The notes beneath the pieces were generated by a model, which was not told where the DNA came from, did not search any database, and saw only the letters and a list, made by a program, of their open reading frames with translations. Of a stretch of DNA of 64,000 nucleotides, positions 59,891-64,000 are shown piece by piece. Location: the sequence record SRR31156797_1193, one strand, 5' to 3'. A program made the position numbers and the translations under genes. Each line of letters begins with the position of its first letter. Within the stretch, counting starts at the first letter, position 1.

Positions 59891-61603
59891 TTATTGCAGT
59901 GCATCTGCTAATTCTGCCAATTGTATGAATTCTGCTCGATAACCAAATTCATCTTCTCCTTTGGAATCTTTAGCTCTTTCAATTAAGCTGTCAAAACTGG
60001 CATCTCCCGCATAATCTGAACCCTTTAATATTAATGCATATTCCGCCACTGCTGATGCGAACATAAAATCCTCATCAGGACGCTTTGTATAGTTATCCAC
60101 ACCTGCCATTTGTGTAAATAATGTGCTTTCGTCTTCGTCAGGAAGTTTGTATCTTAGCTTAACGTACATCCAGTCTTCTACATCAAATGCATCTTTGTCT
60201 CGATTTTCCAATAGTGAATTATTATCATCATCATTATTTCCAAATACCAGATCATCAATATTGGATGACTCTTCATCTGTACCCTGCAGAATTAATTCAT
60301 AGAATACTGTAACAGTGTGACCGGCACCGATTTCTCCTGCGTCTTTTTTGTCATCGTTAAAATCTTCGGCATTTAGTCTTCTGTTGTCATAACCGACTAA
60401 TCTATATTCCTTGACAGCTTCTGGGTTAAATTCAATTTGGATTTTTACATCTTTTGCAATTGTGTATAGTGTAGATGTCATATCATCAATCAAAACTTTC
60501 TTCGCTTCTAAGATGTTATCAATATATGCATAGTTGCCGTTTCCCTTATCAGCTAATGTCTCCATCATATTGTCCTTTGTGTTGCCTGTTCCGAAGCCAA
60601 GTACTGAAAGGAATACTCCTGATTCTCTTTTTTTCTCAATTAATTTTTCCAGTTCATCAGTGGTTGATGGACCTACATTGAAGTCTCCATCGGTGCATAG
60701 TATTACACGATTGTTGCCGTCCTCTATGAAATAATCCTCTGCTATTTCATATGCAAGCATTATGCCTTCACCGCCTGCTGTACTACCGCCTGCAGAAAGT
60801 TTATTTAATGCTCTTTCAATTTTGGAGGTATCATCGCCGTCACATCCCTCTAGGATAACGCCTGATGCACCAGCATAGACTACAATAGATACTTTATCTT
60901 CTGAAGATAATTGCTTGCTAAGCATTGACATAGCTGATTTAACCAATGGTAGTTTATTGGAGTCATTCATTGAGCCTGAAACATCAAGTAAAAATACTAA
61001 GTTACTTGGAACTTGCTGAAATACATTCATATCTTCGCCCTGTATTGCAACTCTGGCTAAGTAACGCCCTTCATTCCAAGGACAGTCACTGATAGTAATG
61101 TCAGCATTTATTGGATGTTCGTCCGGCTGGTCGTAATCATAGGAGAAATAATTAATGCATTCTTCTACTCTCACAGCATCAGCTGGAGGAAGCATTCCAC
61201 TTTGCAGATATCGTCTGATATTGCTGTATGAAGCCGTATCCACATCAATTGAAAGAGTTGACAAAGGATCATCACTAGGATTCAAGAAATTACTCTCCTC
61301 ATATTCACCATACTCTTCTGTATTTTGATCATCACGTGCGTAGGCGATTGAGTAATTATCTCCAGCTGCCATTGGAGCTTCTTCTTCCTTTGCTCCATCT
61401 GTCATTACTGCCTCTGCTACAGTTTCTTCTTCTACTGCCTCTGTGTTGGTATAGTCTGCTTCCCCCTTTTCTTCTTGTGCACCAATGCTAATAGACTGTT
61501 CTTCAGTTTGGGGACTTTCCTTAGCAGTACATCCTGATAATAATAGAGCAGATATGATAGCTGCTGCGAATACTGAATTTCTTATCATTCTTATTTTCTT
61601 CAT
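59891..61603 (-). CDS. von Willebrand factor A domain lipoprotein (YfbK/DUF3520-like)
   Basis: Lipobox LSGC, SIDVDTASY, MIDAS DVSGS, TDGDFNVG, AGEIGAGH; GGAGG RBS before ATG 61603. Confidence 0.9.
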   Translation of the reverse strand: MKKIRMIRNSVFAAAIISALLLSGCTAKESPQTEEQSISIGAQEEKGEADYTNTEAVEEETVAEAVMTDGAKEEEAPMAAGDNYSIAYARDDQNTEEYGEYEESNFLNPSDDPLSTLSIDVDTASYSNIRRYLQSGMLPPADAVRVEECINYFSYDYDQPDEHPINADITISDCPWNEGRYLARVAIQGEDMNVFQQVPSNLVFLLDVSGSMNDSNKLPLVKSAMSMLSKQLSSEDKVSIVVYAGASGVILEGCDGDDTSKIERALNKLSAGGSTAGGEGIMLAYEIAEDYFIEDGNNRVILCTDGDFNVGPSTTDELEKLIEKKRESGVFLSVLGFGTGNTKDNMMETLADKGNGNYAYIDNILEAKKVLIDDMTSTLYTIAKDVKIQIEFNPEAVKEYRLVGYDNRRLNAEDFNDDKKDAGEIGAGHTVTVFYELILQGTDEESSNIDDLVFGNNDDDNNSLLENRDKDAFDVEDWMYVKLRYKLPDEDESTLFTQMAGVDNYTKRPDEDFMFASAVAEYALILKGSDYAGDASFDSLIERAKDSKGEDEFGYRAEFIQLAELADALQ

Positions 61604-61722
61604 GATACTTTCCTCCGTTAATTGTGAATTATATCTATATGACGCTTCATTAAACCAAATAGTTCCATGTGTATGAAAAATTTCTATTATCAAAACTATA
61701 TTTTTGTGGTAATATGTCTTAA

Positions 61723-62583
61723 ATGAATAACATTAAGAATGAAAATATTACAATTGTCGGTCTGGGTCTTATGGGCGGCTCTTATGCTAAAGCTCTGAAG
61801 AGAGCAGGGTATAAGAATATTTTTGCTGTTGATTTAGATGAAAATGTATTAGAGTTAAGCTGTCGACAGGGCGTAATAAATGAAGGATATATTAATCCTG
61901 ATAAGATACTGCCTGATACTGATATATTGATAATATCATTGTATCCTCACGATACTATTGATTTTATGAAGAATAACTATAAACACTTTAAGCAGGATTC
62001 ACTTGTAATTGATATTTGCGGTGTTAAGTCCATGATAGTTAATGAATTTCCCAAGGAAATGCTTGACAGATGCGACTTCGTTCCTACTCATCCTATGGCA
62101 GGCAGAGAGAAGAAGGGCTATGAAATGTCTGTAGAAGATTTATTTGATGGCAGTTCATATGTAATTACACCTCTTTTAACAAATAATGATTCCAACATTG
62201 AAGTAGTCAGAACTTTGGCAAGGGATATTGGTGCAAAGAAGATATTGACGTGCAGCGAAGGAGAGCATGATGAATATATTTCTTATGTTTCTCAATTACC
62301 TCATGTTTTGGCATGTGCATATATGGCTTCCTCAAAGGAACGCCCTTTAAGTGAATATGCCGCTGGCAGCTTTCGTGATGTATCTCGTGTAGCTCTGATA
62401 AACGAAGTTATTTGGCAGGAATTATTTAACCTTAATAAGGACTTCCTATGCGAAGAGATTTCCCAACTGATAGTTGAGCTGGATAAATTTCGTACTATGA
62501 TTAAAGGCGAAGAGAAAGACATGGCAATTGACTATATGAAAAAAGCCAGACGAATTAAGGAAAATTACGATAATATAGACTAA
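61723..62583 (+). CDS. tyrA: prephenate dehydrogenase
   Basis: GLGLMGGS, DICGVK, HPMAGRE, HD...SQLPH, GSFRDVSRVA. Confidence 0.92.
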   Translation: MNNIKNENITIVGLGLMGGSYAKALKRAGYKNIFAVDLDENVLELSCRQGVINEGYINPDKILPDTDILIISLYPHDTIDFMKNNYKHFKQDSLVIDICGVKSMIVNEFPKEMLDRCDFVPTHPMAGREKKGYEMSVEDLFDGSSYVITPLLTNNDSNIEVVRTLARDIGAKKILTCSEGEHDEYISYVSQLPHVLACAYMASSKERPLSEYAAGSFRDVSRVALINEVIWQELFNLNKDFLCEEISQLIVELDKFRTMIKGEEKDMAIDYMKKARRIKENYDNID

Positions 62584-64000
62584 TTAATAATTAAATCTAT
62601 TTCTACTGTTTCTGAGTTTATGCTTAGTGCAGAAATATCGAAAAGATTACGTGGGATAGTAGAGCCAACATCAAAATTTATGGTTATATCTTCATTAAAT
62701 ATCTCTTCAATATCATTTTTTGGTACAGTATGCCCATTTATAGAGAATTGAGTAGGCGTTTTGCCCAGCAAGTATATTTTGCTCTTGTGGGCGGATATTT
62801 GATACGGTATTTCAATATTGATTTCAACATTTGGGTATGCTATTAAAATATTTGAACTTATATTATTATCATCAATTTTTATAGTAACTGATTGTAATTC
62901 TTTGCTCTCTTCAGATATTTTCTCACATTCTGTTTGCAAGTAGCTATTGAATTCGTTAAGAGGAATACTAAATGGAATTATATCGCCCTTTTTGTATCCA
63001 ATCACTGTAAATGCCTCACTGCTATTTGAATTATACATCCTATCTGCATCAATTGAATATACTACTTCTGTTATATCAGGATTAATAACAAGGCTGTTTA
63101 CTGTAATCCAATCTGGTACACCGATAGTATTTAAATCCAGAGTAAATTCGGATATGAACTGCTTAACAATATTTGAAGCAAGTTCATTGACAGAAGTTAT
63201 TCTCACAACACTTACATGAAGTATATTGTCAGAAATATAAATATTACATTCGACAGGTACAAGTATTTTTATACCCAAAGCATTTAGTACTAGTTTGATT
63301 GTATTGTTTTCAGTATGGAAATAAGCTGATTCGATTTTGAACATTCCTTCCTCGGAGTTATTATTCAAATATTCATTTAAGTACTTGTTTACATTTTCTT
63401 CTACTATTAAGCTATCAATTTTCAATGTCTGATTATTAATATCACTAAGCTTTGTACTGGATGATATTTCTGAAACATTTTCCTTAAGAAAATCATACAG
63501 AGTTTTACTGGCGTAATCATTATTTAGCGTCAAACCAGCTTTAAGATAGTCATTTGTAATATCAAGACTATTAATAGCTACAGGCAATTCCTGTTGGGAT
63601 AAATCAATAGTGAACTCTGCTTTTTCTATGATTTTTTTCCACTGAATAGGGATTATGCCAAGCTTCACTTTGGTTGTTCTCAGGTGTATTTTATTGTTAG
63701 CAGCATCTGCATTGATAAATACTCTAACAGGTATTATGATCCATTTTTTCTGATAAACAGCTTGTACAATAATAGAGTTTTCATTTAGACTGATACCTGT
63801 GATTGTTGTATCTTCTAATCCCTCTATATTTTTCTGATTATCTCTGATAAGACCTAAAATAATAGGTTCAATTGTTTTATCATCAATTTCTAGTGTGTAT
63901 TGATTCCAGTCTGTTATCTCCAGATTATCTATAAGCTGATTGTATTGCATGTCAGAGGAATCCATATATATTATCTCTTTTGATTTAGTAAGAGAGAAAT
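62580..64000 (-). CDS. hypothetical protein, 5'-partial (frame open to the window edge)
   Basis: More than 461 aa with repeated beta-rich segments; no stop upstream of 63965 in frame. Confidence 0.65.
   Translation of the reverse strand, partial: FSLTKSKEIIYMDSSDMQYNQLIDNLEITDWNQYTLEIDDKTIEPIILGLIRDNQKNIEGLEDTTITGISLNENSIIVQAVYQKKWIIIPVRVFINADAANNKIHLRTTKVKLGIIPIQWKKIIEKAEFTIDLSQQELPVAINSLDITNDYLKAGLTLNNDYASKTLYDFLKENVSEISSSTKLSDINNQTLKIDSLIVEENVNKYLNEYLNNNSEEGMFKIESAYFHTENNTIKLVLNALGIKILVPVECNIYISDNILHVSVVRITSVNELASNIVKQFISEFTLDLNTIGVPDWITVNSLVINPDITEVVYSIDADRMYNSNSSEAFTVIGYKKGDIIPFSIPLNEFNSYLQTECEKISEESKELQSVTIKIDDNNISSNILIAYPNVEINIEIPYQISAHKSKIYLLGKTPTQFSINGHTVPKNDIEEIFNEDITINFDVGSTIPRNLFDISALSINSETVEIDLIIN

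Noticed and set aside
1-64000. Prophage, IS element, integrase, rRNA or tRNA genes
   Set aside because: No transposase, recombinase or phage structural motifs and no tRNA or rRNA signatures were recognised by eye.

Overview
Low-GC chromosomal segment of a spore-forming anaerobic Bacillota (Clostridia-like; inferred from gene content, an alpha/beta SASP, a T-box and sigma-A promoters). Core content: rimP-nusA-ylxR-ylxQ-infB running directly into rsmD-coaD (no rbfA/truB), a T-box-controlled ilvN-cimA-leuCDB-ilvD-ilvB operon, argG, feoAB, hflX, tyrA and a type-2 tyrS. Accessory content: ABC exporters with TetR regulators, a WYL-GyrI-YoaP cluster, an LRR surface protein, a RACo-type corrinoid activator and a 1255-aa HRDC-DUF4011-SF1 helicase-nuclease. 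The most striking signal is absent from the ORF track: two neighbouring ribosome-mediated attenuators, each with a promoter, a short leader peptide and mutually exclusive antiterminator/terminator hairpins. One is a Tyr4 leader in front of tyrS, where Bacillota normally use a T-box. The other is a Trp-Trp leader in front of a methyltransferase-HD-GNAT operon. No rRNA, tRNA, CRISPR array, prophage or IS element was recognised. All calls come from reading motifs by eye; no database searches were run.
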